A stretch of 63,564 bases of DNA from Tubiluchus corallicola (taxonomy: Eukaryota; Animalia; Priapulida): contig JAQGDQ010001093.1 of the NCBI GenBank assembly GCA_030141605.1, positions 1-63,564 of the forward strand. The letters are read 5' to 3'. Both the position numbers and the translations under genes were made by a program. Numbering within the stretch: the stretch's first letter is position 1; each line of letters begins with the position of its first letter. The notes under the pieces were generated by a model, which worked only from the letters and a program-made list of their open reading frames with translations, searched no databases and had not been told where the DNA came from. This document shows, piece by piece, positions 13,786 to 27,880 of this stretch.

Positions 13786-14383
13786 AGCAAAACCGAACCC
13801 AATCTTAAAGTGTAGGTCAAAACGATCTACTCTTTAAAATATTGAAAGAAAATATACTATTTTTTGAAAAATGACTTACGGTAGAGGATTATTATCACAC
13901 AAACACAATTTCACGTTCGCGCCACTATTTCTTCGCTGTTACATGCATTTTGTCATTCTCTAGTTAGATGGGCACTAGTGCTTGCATTTCGGAAACGCAT
14001 TGCACAAAATAAACAGGTGCTGTACCTCTCAGTTCAGATGTGTTAGTTTGTGACGAACTGCACACGTTCGACAGATCATGCGTGAATTCGAAGTTTGAAT
14101 ATTTGTCTTAAAACCTGCCTAGTTTTAGTACAGCACACTGAATATCTTACACTAGCACTGTACTTCAATTTTCGCTTTCGCAAAGGCGTGGAATATTTTT
14201 GATGTTGAAAATTATGTTAGTTTGTGATGTCATCAATAATTGGGCTCGCCCGCAGTTAACTAAGTGTTTAATCTATTATTTAATTATCAGAAACGCTCTT
14301 GCGTTGTATTAATTGTTGTTAAAATGGAAACTTTTCATCGGACTTGAAAATGGGTAGTATATGAAAAATCATCCTGTCTTGCT
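13786..14383 (+). mobile_element. TTAA-flanked MITE, family C
   Basis: TTAA|agcaa ... ttgct|TTAA; conserved core tgcatttcggaaacgcattgcacaaaa...tgtacctctcagttcagatg shared with 42177-42803, 58425-58865 and 62690-63130. Confidence 0.8.
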
Positions 14384-14748
14384 TTAAGTAAACTGATTTT
14401 TTTTATTAATAAATTAACAGACAGATTTGTCTCCATAATCGAGTAATTGATTTTTAATCATTAGCTTGTAAAGTGTAACATTTACCGTGAAATTGGCTAA
14501 GATATTACAACACTGTTTTCGTTATAGTATCTTAAAACAGTTAGATAGAAATAGCAAGACTTTTTACACATATAAGTAGCCATAGATTAGTGTTACAATT
14601 TGTATGATATAAAATCATAAAACACATAAAAATGTTTTAAAGTCACATATGAATAAATAAAACAACAAAGAGAGGAAATACATTCTAAAACGTGACATAT
14701 TTAACTGATAAATAAAAAAATGGCTCATATTTATTTATCACAAATTAC

Positions 14749-15193
14749 CTGAGTAAAACACGTTGCATGAAGCGGCAGGGCATTTCTCGTTTTGATACTT
14801 TGTTGAGTTTTTCGTCTCAGACAAAATGGCACTGATGCTAAATTTGAGATGTTGCGCCGTCCCGCTGGGTGTCGCTGTCGCCGGCTCTGTCAGCGGTAGA
14901 TTCGGAGAATTAGAATTGCAGCATTTATTGTTACTTAAGCAAGGTGAGGCTATTGCCCCGCGTGTAACGGGCGTGGGCGTATACAGTGCCCCAAGTTGAG
15001 TGGGAATGGGGCGAGCAATGTACCCCTTGCGTTCGTGTAGTAAATTCTCCATGAGAAACGAAGTATTTGAAGTAGGCATTGGTACACCGTGGTGTTGCAG
15101 AAGTACACCTGGACGAAATATGTTCTGGTACAGCTGTGACGGGGCGACAACGCCAGTAGTAAACATCACTGTGGCTGGTAAATCTCTGACCAT
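14749..15193 (-). CDS. Dbx: First coding exon of a Dbx-family (developing brain homeobox) transcription factor
   Basis: MFTTGVVAPSQLYQNIFRP...SFLMENLL...LKFSISAILS parallels the Dbx N-terminus as I recall it (MFPGLLAPPAGYPSLLRP...SFLVEDLI...LKFGVNAILS), with two eh1-like motifs. Donor cag|gtaatt, phase 1. The true start may be the ATG at 15166. Homeodomain not seen. Confidence 0.78.
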
Positions 15194-15399
15194 TTACAGA
15201 AAACTGATTTTGTCGTTCAAAAGCATCCAAAGTTAAATGAGTTAAAAACGATGCTGTGTGCTCTTCTTAATTTCACAAAGAGATAAATTCATAATAAACT
15301 GGCTTCAATTTCGCTTCGAAGCACATTAAATAAAATGCAAATAATGTTCATATAAAATGTTCATATAACATGTTCAAATTGTTCACCTAACAGCAGCAA

Positions 15400-15600
15400 T
15401 CGCATCATGTCTTCTCACGCCGCCCCGTCCTGGTTAATAACATTAGCCGAATTAACAGCCTCTTCCACATCGAATTACACGTTAACGGACCACCGCAGAA
15501 GCTGCCGCTCGGGCTTCTGCGTCGCCTCAGCCAATGGGAGAGCTAGCCACGCCCCGTGTGGGCGGAGCTGTGGCGCGATGTATGGAGTGTGTTCACGGGA
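15400..15600 (-). promoter_or_regulatory. Putative Dbx proximal promoter
   Basis: Locally GC-rich, with CCAAT (15531-15535), ccacgcccc (KLF/SP) and gggcggag (GC box) clustered ~340-370 bp upstream of the ATG. Confidence 0.55.
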
Positions 15601-15699
15601 AGAGATGTGATGCAAAATCACTGCAAGAGAGGAGAATTATTGAAGAAGGATGATCACGATTATTATTGCAATGTAGTAAATTAGAAACATTTCCATTTT

Positions 15700-16290
15700 C
15701 AGTAATTCTCAATTCTGATGGAGGAAAAACACGTAACGAACTTCCAGAATATTCAATTATATCAGACAAAATTAAAAATTCAGTGTAGCGGCTGTAATGC
15801 TGCTTACCATGGCAAAACATGCAGACACTTTAAAGTAAGAATTTGTGAACATTTTGGTATTTCGTCTCTAACTGGGCAAAAATTTAAAAAAATCTCCTCA
15901 ATCCAGCACTAATGACCATATTCGTGCCTCTCGCCACGAAGCTGATTTTAATAATTTCAGCCGTGTGACTAGAGCTACAAATAACTGGGACTTATTAATA
16001 AGACAAAGTATATCTGTCTACCATAATAAGCCTTCTCTTAATGTGCAAAGCATTTCAATTCCTTTAACTTTGTTTAAAACACTAAGCTACTTGTTATTGT
16101 ATTAATAAATTACTTTTTTACAGGTCTGCTTATTCATTACTTTAGCTGCTTTGTAAATACATCCTGTAGTCTCTACCTGTTTATTGTTTGTATAATGTAT
16201 CACTGATGACGACAACTCATTGCGGTCGAAACGTTTGGACATGTTTTTAAACCGCTGTAAATTGAAGTTTTTAATAAAAATTGCTTTGTT
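15700..16290 (+). mobile_element. Penelope-like retroelement 3' fragment (degenerate GIY-YIG endonuclease plus terminal region)
   Basis: IQCSGCNAAYHGKTCRHFKVRICEHFGISSLTG shows the Penelope GIY-YIG CxxC...Y.G.T...R..EH pattern; followed by a hammerhead motif and aataaa. Confidence 0.8.
16195..16242 (+). ncRNA. Minimal type I hammerhead-ribozyme-like motif
   Basis: atgtatca-CTGATGA-c-gac...gtc-GAAA-cgtt-tggacat: core boxes, stem II and stem I pairing, at the end of a Penelope element where such motifs are expected. Confidence 0.6.
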
Positions 16291-16693
16291 TTAAAAACAA
16301 ATTCCAATATTGTTACAAATGAAATTCTCGTTAAATTTGTGTGTAAAATAAGATTCTCGTTAAAATTTGTTATTATGTAGGCCCATGCTATTTTAATAAA
16401 ACAAAACAACTTTATTTCACGTGGTGACTAGCCTACATCAACTGTGTTTCATCTAAACGTTGAAGGAATGCAGGTTGTTCCATTTTAAATCATCATCATC
16501 ATCATCATACGCCCGTCACGTCTATTGTAGACATTGGACAGGCAGAATTCTAAAATAAAAGAAATCTGCCTTCAGACAGGTAAACGCAGCAGTAATCCAG
16601 TAAAAAAACTAGACACTGCTACGCCAATGGCTTGTCAGCACCACTTCCGCTTATACTCTCCATTTTAAAGCCACATCAATGTAATGAAACCAC

Positions 16694-17121
16694 TAGGGGT
16701 GAGCATCGAACGTTCGAGTTCGATTCGAACAAGTTTTTTTAGTTCGAATTCGATTCGAACCTTAACTATAGATTCGAATAATTCAGCGCTTCAATCACAT
16801 ACGTTCTTTATCATCAAGACGTTTGAAACATCGTGCAATTAGCATAATTTAGCTGTGATTTCTCTGCACAATTTTGCACAAATTATTAGCGGTTTGCTGC
16901 AGAGCAAAATCGAGCAATATGCATGATCTTTGTAAGACTAATTTTTACTGGTGTTTCGAAAAATTGTGCGAAAATCTTTCAATCTCAATTCGAATTCGAT
17001 TCCAATTAGAAAAACTTAAGTTTGGTTCGATACGAATTCGAAATACTGAAGTTTGGTTCGACTCGAATTCGAAAGTCACAAATTCGATTCGATTCGAATT
17101 CGCTTTCTGGCAGAGAATGCT
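16694..17121 (+). mobile_element. hAT-like MITE (TTCGAA-rich), right TIR truncated
   Basis: Starts taggggtgagcatcgaacgttcga; homologous to 43123-43548. Confidence 0.8.
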
Positions 17122-20100
17122 GAACGTTCTAATAAACTCGGTTACGTTAAATGTTAAAAGTTAAATAAATGATACAGCTTCCTAGAGGAGAAACCTCATA
17201 GCTTTTAATCACCACGTTAGAATAAATATACTAATCAATTATAATTACTAATAGAGCATTAAAAAAATCAATCACAGAAATTGTTCAATAGTAGAAAAAC
17301 GCAACAATTCTTAGACAATAAAATAAAATCGTTCTTTTTGGGTGCAGATTTTAACGTGAAAAAGACACAATGTCAGTCTATGAGACGCTGCATGCATTGT
17401 ACTATAAAGAACTATGTAAGAATATTTTGGCAACGTACTAACAACAGATAGATAATTATAGTTTATAATTAATTTCTATCAAAAATTGTATAAGTGTTGT
17501 TTATATTTTACGTGTAATTATCCAGTTTTCATGACCTGTTATCCGTTACTATTTTTATGTATAATTAGTAAATAATTAGTATATTTACACATTTATCGAT
17601 AGTAAATGAGTAATTGAATCTAATCGAAGTGACTATTTTTTGAATACTTTTATAGTAGTTGCATGAAAGGTAAATATTAACAGTTTATGATAGCGAACTA
17701 ATACATAGATTTTAGTTATAGAATTTAAATACTGTTTGCAATAGTTTAGATTTTCACTGTATGTGTGTATATATATACCTTTATATACCTTAAGTTGAGA
17801 TAAACTGATATACTAAACGAATCTAAACAAAACATATTAGTACTGATAAAATCAGGGCATATAAATGCAGATTTTCACTGACGGGGGGAGGGGGGGGGGT
17901 CGTATTTCATTACAAAGAGAAGATAAACAGACCTATTACATTACATTTTGTCAGTGTTTACGTCAGAACGTACGTCTCTTTTGGTGTTGTCCTCTCTAAG
18001 GGGTTAATTTGCTGAACCACTGAAGCGAATGCTTAACCATGCTACACGTGCTTAGCGCATAAACTGGCAAGTCTAACGCAGGTAGCTAAGCGTCTGTTTG
18101 CCGCTAAATCTCCCCTCAAGGGTAATACCCCTATTGTTAATACACTCACAATACGAGCTGTAATATAATAGGAATTCATTCGTGTAAAATTAGAGATTAC
18201 AAAACACCGCAAAGGTCTGTTCGATGTTCGTCGTTTCGCTTACTTCCTGGGAGTCTGTGATGCGAAATTTCGTCATTTTTCCTTCATGCAACATTGTTAA
18301 AAGACGTCATTGATCTGTCCTTATGGACACAACGGTGTTTAAGATCCACAATAGGTAACCCAGAACAAAACATATCTGGTTTTCATTGTTTTAATATATT
18401 TCGAATAAATTTCATGAGGTAAATTTTCGATATAAGTAAAATACAGCAACGGTAACAGCAGCAGTGTAGAAGATAATGACGCATTTAATAATTTCAAGAA
18501 TTTTTTTAATGAGCAATTGCTGCCATTTGATGGTGATGACGTTTAAACAGTCTTTATGGGTCAACAAAAACAAATTATTGAAAATCTAGCTACCTAGCAC
18601 ATTAAATTTTCCCCAATTATATTTTAATCGATTTTCTAATTGAATCTAAAGAAATACCACCGCTTTCGTCAAAGCAATTCTTTTATTCATAGTACTGAAA
18701 CTGTTAAAAGACATAATTTTTCGTTATCATTGCGCAGTTTTGTTCCCTGTCAAATTCTCTCTCGCAGCACTCGCAGTCACTAGCTGTTCAAATCCATGCA
18801 GTTAATTACGTATTGACTGGTTCCACTTCTTCAAATTTGCTGTTTGCGGCGTGCGCCAAGGCACTGCTTTTGGTCCGTCGTTGTTGTTGCTTTTTATCCG
18901 CGTTGTTATGATGTCTTGTAATGGAAATAGCGGCGCAGTTGTATCAACAACCACAGAACGTGTAACAAGCTACCCGTAAACCATGTGCCAGGATAAAGCA
19001 GGGTCTGTCCAGTCAAGCGACTAATAGATGATTTAAGTCTAGTAATTGTATCATTAAACACGAGTAGGGAGGGGGTTAAGCTGTCCCCCCGGCTATAACC
19101 AGCATGATCAGGGGGGAGAATGATGGATTTTTTTTATTGAAAGAAGGTAAAAATTTATATTGGTTAAATGAACCATTTACGCGCCATTTTCAATATGTCT
19201 TATAATATGTGGTAGCAAAACTCTGTGGTTATTAAGCATAAATCCAGCGAATGCACAATAGAGATAATCGTTGTGCAAAGGCTTGCCGAAAAGTTGAAGT
19301 AAAATGGGGATGGAGGGAGGCAGAAAAGCGGGATGAAGCAAAAGTATGTTACTTGGATACAAGATCAATGAAGTGACGTAAATTTAATCACTTGCTGCTT
19401 TGCTAATTATTCCCAACAACTATTCGTTATTAATTGTCACTTCGTGGACATCACAAACGACATTTCGATTTGATTAGCACTGGGTAACCCTATTTTTTTT
19501 CACTAGTCATTTATTTCACCTTACACATTTACATTACTTTCATATACAATATCTAGTGAAAGGGTCTACAATGAACGTAATACAAATAAGAAATACTGCA
19601 CAGGAAAAGCCTCAAACACTGTTCACTTATACACGAAGGTAAATGTGTTACGGGCAATCAAAAAGCAGGGCTTGTTAGATTGTCCCACACAGTGATAGAA
19701 AAAAAAGTAATGAAAATAATCTGAAAATTTAAAGTGAATCGTGATAAAAAAAACATTAGCGCTTAAAATGGAATGATGTAATGAATGAAGCTCATATATG
19801 AGATGATATAAAAGATAAAAAGACTATTATTTGTTAATAGTATGTAAAATTAAAATAACTTGATTAAGCTAACACCACTGTTTTGCAACTACTGTGAGGA
19901 TGGATACTGATCGAAATTTTGATTACTCACTGATACTTACTCAAAATTTGATTTTTTAGCATTTTTTTGCTAAATATTTCTGTCGAAAACTACCATCTTA
20001 AACTTCTAGTGGTGTGCAATTTGGCTCATTACAGTTAAAGCTTCTTGACTAAACCGATTCATGAGTTTTAGATATGTTATTATTGCCTTCAGTCTCATCT

Positions 20101-20549
20101 GCATTATGTAACTAGTCTACATAATTAACTACCATGTATTTACAAGTTAAACTCCTAAGAGAACAGGCATCAGAACGCGTCCTTGTACGACTCCAGCTTG
20201 TCAATTCCACATCAATTAGCTACTCCATATCGTTTACAGTGCAGTAATCCAAGGATTACACCATCACTAAAGGCAGCATATTGTCTGCGTATTGTACAGA
20301 TCAGCAAACACACAATTAGCGGTACTTCAGAGTGATAATCGCGAGCAAATTGACTAGGAAATTACAACGTGTCGGCAATTCTTGTGCCACAGCATCCCCA
20401 TTGTTTGAGTAATTAAAAGATGAAGATGAGCAGGTAAGTGAAGAGGCTGAATGGTGGGATTAAGTCAACTTATGTTACTGATAGCCAGGTTGGATGGAGC
20501 CGCGAACCAAGAAACCACAGAAATATTGTAATAATAGTATTAGTAGCAG

Positions 20550-20557
20550 TAATAATA

Positions 20558-20590
<33 letters not shown>

Positions 20591-20742
20591 CTGCTGCTGC
20601 TGCTGCTGATGATGATGATAATGATGATGATAATAATAATGGTAATGATAATGATAATGACAATGGTAATGGTAATGGTAATGATATCAATAACGAGAAC
20701 GAGAACACCACCACCACCAACAACAACAACAACAACAATAAT

Positions 20743-20818
<76 letters not shown>

Positions 20819-20826
20819 GTAATAAT
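20550..20826. repeat. Compound trinucleotide microsatellite (ATG/CTG/AAC/AAT)
   Basis: Direct reading. Confidence 0.9.
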
Positions 20827-20954
20827 AGATGTTTATTTAGAGTCTTCATTTGGATGAACAGTTAATATTTTGTTAATATTTTATTAATGAACAGGTCAAA
20901 GAGATTTTGGACCGACTGTAAATAACAATCTACAACTACATAACAGAGACTATT

Positions 20955-21095
20955 ATTACCCCACTTTAACCCAAATACCGCGCGCCAGGCAGGGCAACAG
21001 CAGGGACCATTTTTAAAGTTTTTGTTATGACCCGGCCGCAGTATTGAACTCGTGTTCACCCAGACGACAAGAGTACGCGTTATCATTAGACTATA
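20955..21095 (-). mobile_element. tRNA-derived SINE, MetaSINE-like core
   Basis: Minus strand shows an A-box-like tagtctaatgata and B-box gagttcaatact, then ggccgggtcataacaaaaactttaaaaatggtccctgctgttgccctgcctggc, which resembles the conserved Meta-domain core from memory. Confidence 0.6.
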
Positions 21096-21660
21096 ACGTC
21101 TGGTCCATAAAGAGAGGCAAGACCGGCACCTGCACAGAGTGTCGTATAATAAACACTGCCGTAATCACAGTGTCCAAATTAAGAATTGAATTTAAATTTA
21201 AACCATTATTTCGTAATTGCTTTTAATATAAATACAGTAGTTAGAACGTGCAAAATAAAAAAAAGGCAATCTTATTTTCATTTAGATAAAGGTTTTAATA
21301 CAGATATTCTTAGTTGCTTTTTTTACTGATAAATTAAATTACCGTTAAATTGTTGAAAGCAGAGACTCCTGTATAACCGCCTAATTTACTGGAAATGAAG
21401 AGGGAATTGGTTGTATCAGCTGTTGTGTAAACAGTTAGCAGAAACAAACAATATAATAGGATTTTCTAGGCCACACACTAACCTAATCAAAATGAAAATT
21501 AGTTGATACTGATACTCAAAAGGCCAATAATGACGTACAATAGCCTTAGTTTCGGGCCCCCATGTAAATCATTAATACAGGCGTCGTGGTGCAGCTAATG
21601 ATAATGTTGTATTATACCATGTCAGGGACCCCTGATCGGCTTCTTATTCTGTAACAATAA

Positions 21661-22139
<479 letters not shown>

Positions 22140-22913
22140 ATATCACTCAGCTTCGCAACACTACGCATTACAAGCACTCTTTTCCTTGGTTTTCCTTAGC
22201 TGCTTGGCCAAATGTCTGCCTTCTACATCACATGTTCATAAGATTGCTACAATTATCCTGCGGCAAATTAAATGAGGGAAGCAGAGATGGTCAACAGAAA
22301 CGCGTTGACCAATAAATCAAAGTACAGAAAGTCCGTCAAATCAGCGCTGGTCAACCTTTTCTCCAAAATATTGCCCTTATCACCTCACCACGTGAGTTAT
22401 AAATGTCTTTTTTCGTATATACGAGCACCCTATGTCTGGAGCCGCCTCCTGATCTAATAAGGCTGTTAGCAATGTACTAGGATTTTACTAACATTTCTCT
22501 GTGATTTGCCTGTAAGTACATTACATGTGCGACTATTAGTCGTTGAAGTATCGCCTGTTGGCAATAAAGGTATTTGGTGCGGTCCTGCAACTGACAGCTT
22601 GTCATGGAAACTCTCGTCTACTAATGTTTGCCGCGCTTTAATCTCGCGAGATTTCATGCGCTGCGAGATTTAATGCTCTAATAGAAAACTAATGCCAGGT
22701 TTATTGGCGCGTTATTATCGCCACTGATTCGGGCTAGAAAGTCTACGATACTGATGCAAATCTTGCTGTTTTTAATATTATTTTCTACATGTTGTACGTT
22801 TATATTTTTATATAAACTAGTAGCTATATAAAAATGAAGGATACGTACTATGTAGCTTAATTGTCACTTCTCATTGATAAAGTTAATCCAGTATTCAGCA
22901 GCAGGTTACTTAA

Positions 22914-23262
22914 AGAAAACCGGACGATTGTGTAAACAAGAGTTCAGAATAAAGAATGCTCTAAAATATTGAAAACTACAACAGCTTTTTTTAAATCGAA
23001 GCTTAGATTAAATAATAATTACCTCGGATACTCAAATTTTGTTAAACTTTCAAAGCTTCGCGCGGCTCAGTGAATCTACTAAGATTGGCAGCGACGCCTT
23101 TTTGTCACATTCGCGTGACCGACAAATAGAAGGCGGTATCGTGCTAAGCATGATCATAAACTGAAGTGTTAGTTTCTGACGTCATATGACGTAGAGTCTA
23201 TTTTCGTGAGATCACGCGTTTAAGCAGCACTGTAACACTTACGCAAACGTGCTTGATGAGAT
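22914..23262 (+). mobile_element. Kolobok/T2-like MITE family A, 3'-truncated
   Basis: Homologous to the first ~350 bp of 10911-11430. Confidence 0.8.
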
Positions 23263-23994
23263 AAGGGGAGCTAATGGGCAGAATTACGGAATATAGATAC
23301 ATTTGCCCAACTAGGCCATTTTGTGTTGCCTTCCAACCCTACGTATTTTTGCCTCACATTGCAAAATCGTGATAGAAAAGGCTGTAATATACAGCTTTCG
23401 GCTTGAGATTTGATTTTTTTCACTGGAACTGATTCGTTAACGGCTCACGACTTGCGTCGCTTTTGTAGACAATTTCAAACAGCAATTGAACCGTCTGCTT
23501 TGCGCCACTCCAGCAGCGCGCCATCTTGGACCGTCTAACAGCCCCACCCTGCGGATATTATTACAACATTTTTATCCGCTACAAAAACAATTTAACCAAA
23601 GCCTTTTTTCGTCGCCTTTTCCTGCACAACCTGCCGATTTTTTGACGTTGATGCCATTAATTTAAAACGTGTTGTTTGCAAATGGACGCCTCGGGCGTTA
23701 GAGCCAATCATCATAAAGAAACGTGATCACGTGAGGCTTTCCTGGCCGCTTTTGCATTAGTCGTAATCCTCAATGAAAATACATATATTCATATGGACTG
23801 TGATCCGTTTTAAATCGCTACATTATATACCAAAATGAATCTTTCAGAGGGGGGGGGGGATATTTGTGCGTCTCATTGAAATAACATGTGAACAGAAACT
23901 TAGAGGTAATGAAACTTAAAATAGGGGTTATGAAAAGTTAAAGGAAAAGACAACACGTTTAGCATGTTTGGTTTATTTTACTGCTATCACTTAA

Positions 23995-24537
23995 AAGAAA
24001 ACCGGATGATTGTGTAAGCGTTAGTTCAGAATAAAGAATGCTCTAAAATATTGAAAACTACAATAACTTATTTTAAATCAAAGTTTAGATTAAATAATAA
24101 TTACCTCGGCTACTCAAATTTCGTGAAACTTTCAAAGCTACTCGCTGCTCAGTGAATCTACTAAGATTGGCACCGGAGCCTTTTTGTCACATTCGCATGG
24201 CCGACAAATAGAAGGCGGTACCTTGATAACCATGACCATGAACTGCTGTGTTAGTTTCTGACGTCATATGGCGTGGAGCCCATTTTCGGGATATCACGCC
24301 TTTAAACAGTAACACTTATGCAAACGTGCTTGATGCGTAAGGAAAGATGTCTGCCGTTGCATAAACTGTGGTTAGTTTCTGACGTAAGCAATAGCTGTGT
24401 TCTTTTGCCGTTAATTAACTTTCTAAGCTAATTATTCAAATATAAGAAGCAATTGCTAACTTTTATAGGTAAGAAAATGTATATTTTGGACAGTAAATTA
24501 AAATGAGATTGAATCTAAACAATCATCCGGTTTTCCT
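23995..24537 (+). mobile_element. Kolobok/T2-like MITE family A, nested in a family B end starting at 23942
   Basis: TTAA|aagaaaaccggatgattgt ... acaatcatccggttttcct|TTAA. Confidence 0.85.
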
Positions 24538-24676
24538 TTAAATTTTAAAAAATATTACAATTAAACTTGCAAAACAATAGTTTCTGAATCATAAAATTAA
24601 TTTATACTAGCGCTGTATAGAAATTTTCAGACGGGTTTGGTAACTCGCGTGCGTTTGAAAATAATAACATAGCTGG

Positions 24677-24910
24677 TGAACTTCGTGAATTTCCGTAAGC
24701 GCATCGTGGCTTTCTGTACACAAACGAATTTGTGTGTTGTCCAGCTTAAGTGTTCCAATGAAAAGTCATTACTGGCCTACAATGATCCACATAGAACTTC
24801 GTGAATTTCCGTAAGCGCATCGTATCTTTCCGTACACAAACGAATTTGTGTGTTGTCTAGCTTAAGTATTCCAATGAAAAGTCATTACTGGCCTACAATG
24901 ATCCACATTC
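24677..24910. repeat. ~117-bp tandem duplication
   Basis: gaacttcgtgaatttccgtaagcgcatcg...ggcctacaatgatccaca occurs twice. Confidence 0.85.
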
Positions 24911-25194
24911 CATGCTTATGTGGATTCCATTCGATTCCATGATACCAGTGACAAATTACTATTACTATTTGAAAATGCCTTTTGCTAACTCAAAGTGCAT
25001 ATTGGCTGGACTACATGCTTATGCTATGTTAGTCTTGCATAATGTACTGCTTGCTTCCAAGATCATATATAAATTTTGTATATTTTATGCTTACAAATAA
25101 GCATTTATTAGTAAACAATAAAAGTTATTTCATACATGAAAGAGCCGCTTCTAGGGATCACCATTGGATGATGTTAGTGGTCCTTGTGGATATA

Positions 25195-25700
25195 AGAGAG
25201 AGAGTGAATATGAAAGTACCGCATGTGGGAGCGGAACAGAGAATGAGAAGAAGAAAGAAAAATAGAGTAGAATATGAAAGTATCGCATATGGGAGTGGAA
25301 CAGAGGATGAGAAGAAGAAAGAAAAATAGAGTAGAATATGAAAGTATCGCATATGGGAGTGGAACAGAGGATGAGAAGAAGAAAGAAAAATAGAGTAGAA
25401 TATGAAAGTATCGCATGTGGGAGCGGAACAGAGAATGAGAAGAAGAAAGAAAAATAGAGTAGAATATGAAAGTATCGCATATGGGAGTGGAACAGAGGAT
25501 GAGAAGAAGAAAGAAAAAGAGAGCAAGAGAGTGAATATGAAAGTATCGCATGTGGGAGAACGACAGAGAATGAGAAGAAGAAGAAAGAAAAAAAGAGCAA
25601 AAGAGAGAGTGAATATGAAAGTATCGCATGTGCGAGAGGAACAGAGAATGAGAAGAAGAAAGAGAAAGAGAGCAAAAGAGAGAGAGAGTGAATATGAGGA
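25195..25700. repeat. Purine-rich ~62-75-bp minisatellite
   Basis: Repeated gaatatgaaagtatcgcatRtgggagYggaacagag...gagaagaagaaag. Confidence 0.9.
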
Positions 25701-26334
25701 ACAAAATTTTGCCATCTTGAGATTCTGAACAATACTTGCACTATATAACATGCTAAGTTTAGTGGTGCCTTGTCACACTCTCTTTGTTTCTGCTTTTTGA
25801 AATTTTTTTAACTATGTTCCTCAGGGTCTGTAATGGTCCTAGTGGTTTAGCCTCTTGTCACTTTCACTTTGACATGCTGATGATTTCCCTTATTGTAGTC
25901 CCCACTTGTTGTAAATTGTGAAAAATGTAGAAATTGTGTTTTATTCTTATAAATGTTTACTGCTGTGGTTCTTCATTACGTAAACTTGGACTAATTGTTT
26001 ACCTGTTGTGTTCTTTTTTGTTTCTCATGTGGCAAAAGTTTTTTTTTACATTTCTCTGCAAGTTAAATTCTAATCTGTTGTTTTATAGCTTCAGTTTGTG
26101 CCTTTGTATACTAATGTATTATTTATTGTTCTTTTTGGCTTCATTTATAGTTTGATAATGGCTTCAGTAATAGAAATGATCGTTGCCCAATAAACATGGT
26201 AAAAGTCATTTCCTTTGTCTGAATTTTTTGAAATTAAAAGTTCATTAAAACCTGCGATTTTTGGAAGCATCATGCAGGTAGGGCTTAATGAACTGATGAA
26301 CCTATTTATAATTAACCAAAAAATACACCTTTAA

Positions 26335-27164
26335 AGCACAAGAAAACCCTCCACTTTTATAGGGCTTCAAAAATTCGTCTCGAAATTTTATACCACTTAT
26401 ATTCTGACCTTTTCATATTCAAGGCTTGCGTCGGCAGTAACGCTGTATAAAACGTGTAAATTTAAACTCCCGCAATGACCGTTAGGCGCAGCCATTTTAA
26501 TCGTAGTTCGTTTGAAGCAAGTTTTGATAACATTAAGTAAAGTTTGAAAAAATTATCAGAGCATTCGTAGCATATATGTTGCTAATTAAGTAAAATTTAA
26601 AATTACGGTGTCTTGTCAATAAGATTAAAAATACGTTTTTGGGTAGTGAGTGGCGCACCCTGGAGGGTTGGTCAGCGACATGTTACAAATTGACACAAAA
26701 ATTTTAAATTATTAATGTAGTTACATAAGTCTTTAGCTTAAAGCTTAAAAAATTCGTCTGGGAATTTTATACCACTTACCTACTACCTTTTTGCATGCAG
26801 GGTTTGTGTCAGCAGTAACACTGTATAAAACATGTAAATTTAAGCTCCCTCGATGAGCGTTAGACGCAGCCATAAGTTACAAAAGTCTTTCAAACAGGTA
26901 AGCGAAACGCTAAGTAATATAGATTTGCACGGAAAGTTTTTGGGACATAATTTAACATTACCTTTTCTTCCCGTGATTTGCGTTGTGCGTATATGACGTC
27001 ATGTAATGGCGACTTCGGAACAGCATTGCGGGAGATTTAAAATGAAAACAAACAAAAATTCCCTTCAATGCGAGTACGATACACGCATAAAATTACTGTA
27101 AAGCAGTATAATTTTTTGAGGCGATTTTTCTGAAAACTACTTCAGGTGCCCCTTTTCTTGTCCT
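26335..27164 (-). mobile_element. Kolobok/T2-like MITE family D with internal partial duplication
   Basis: TTAA|agcacaagaaaaccctc ... ccccttttcttgtcct; homologous to copies at 45372, 49731 and 54412. Confidence 0.8.
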
Positions 27165-27609
27165 GTAAGAGACGGCCTGCGGGATATTTTAATTTGCAAG
27201 TTATGCGCGTAGTCCTAGACAAGTTAACAAAGACACCCTAGTCGTTCGTGTGATAAATTAGTAATTAAACCCAAACACAACTGTTACTGATAGGCGCACG
27301 TTTAAGTTCATCAAGTGTGCAGTGCGCCTTTTAGACGAGAGTTCAAACCCTCGGGTTATTCAGGTGTTTAATTCAAGCTTTTATTGAGAGTGATACAAGC
27401 ACTGATGACGAAATTGATTCTTTCTTGTAAAACTAATGATCGCTTCCGGGTATGTAATTTATTAAGCATATTAAGAAATTTTGAAATGGTATTGTGATGT
27501 AGGGGGCATACTAATAGAGTGTTAACTACAGTAGTAGGTAACTTCCCTAATGCACTACATCTCTATTGTCATCATCCCTATCAAGTGTCATTGTCATCAT
27601 CACCGTCTG

Positions 27610-27652
27610 GCAACAACAGCAGCAGCAATGACAACAACAAAACAACAAGAGC

Positions 27653-27744
<92 letters not shown>

Positions 27745-27804
27745 AAACAACAACAACAAAAGCAGCAGCAGTAACAGCAACAGAAGCAGTAGCAGTAGCA
27801 ACAG

Positions 27805-27857
<53 letters not shown>

Positions 27858-27880
27858 GCACAACAGCAGCAGCAGCAGCT
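27610..27880. repeat. (CAA)n/(CAG)n microsatellite
   Basis: Direct reading. Confidence 0.95.
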
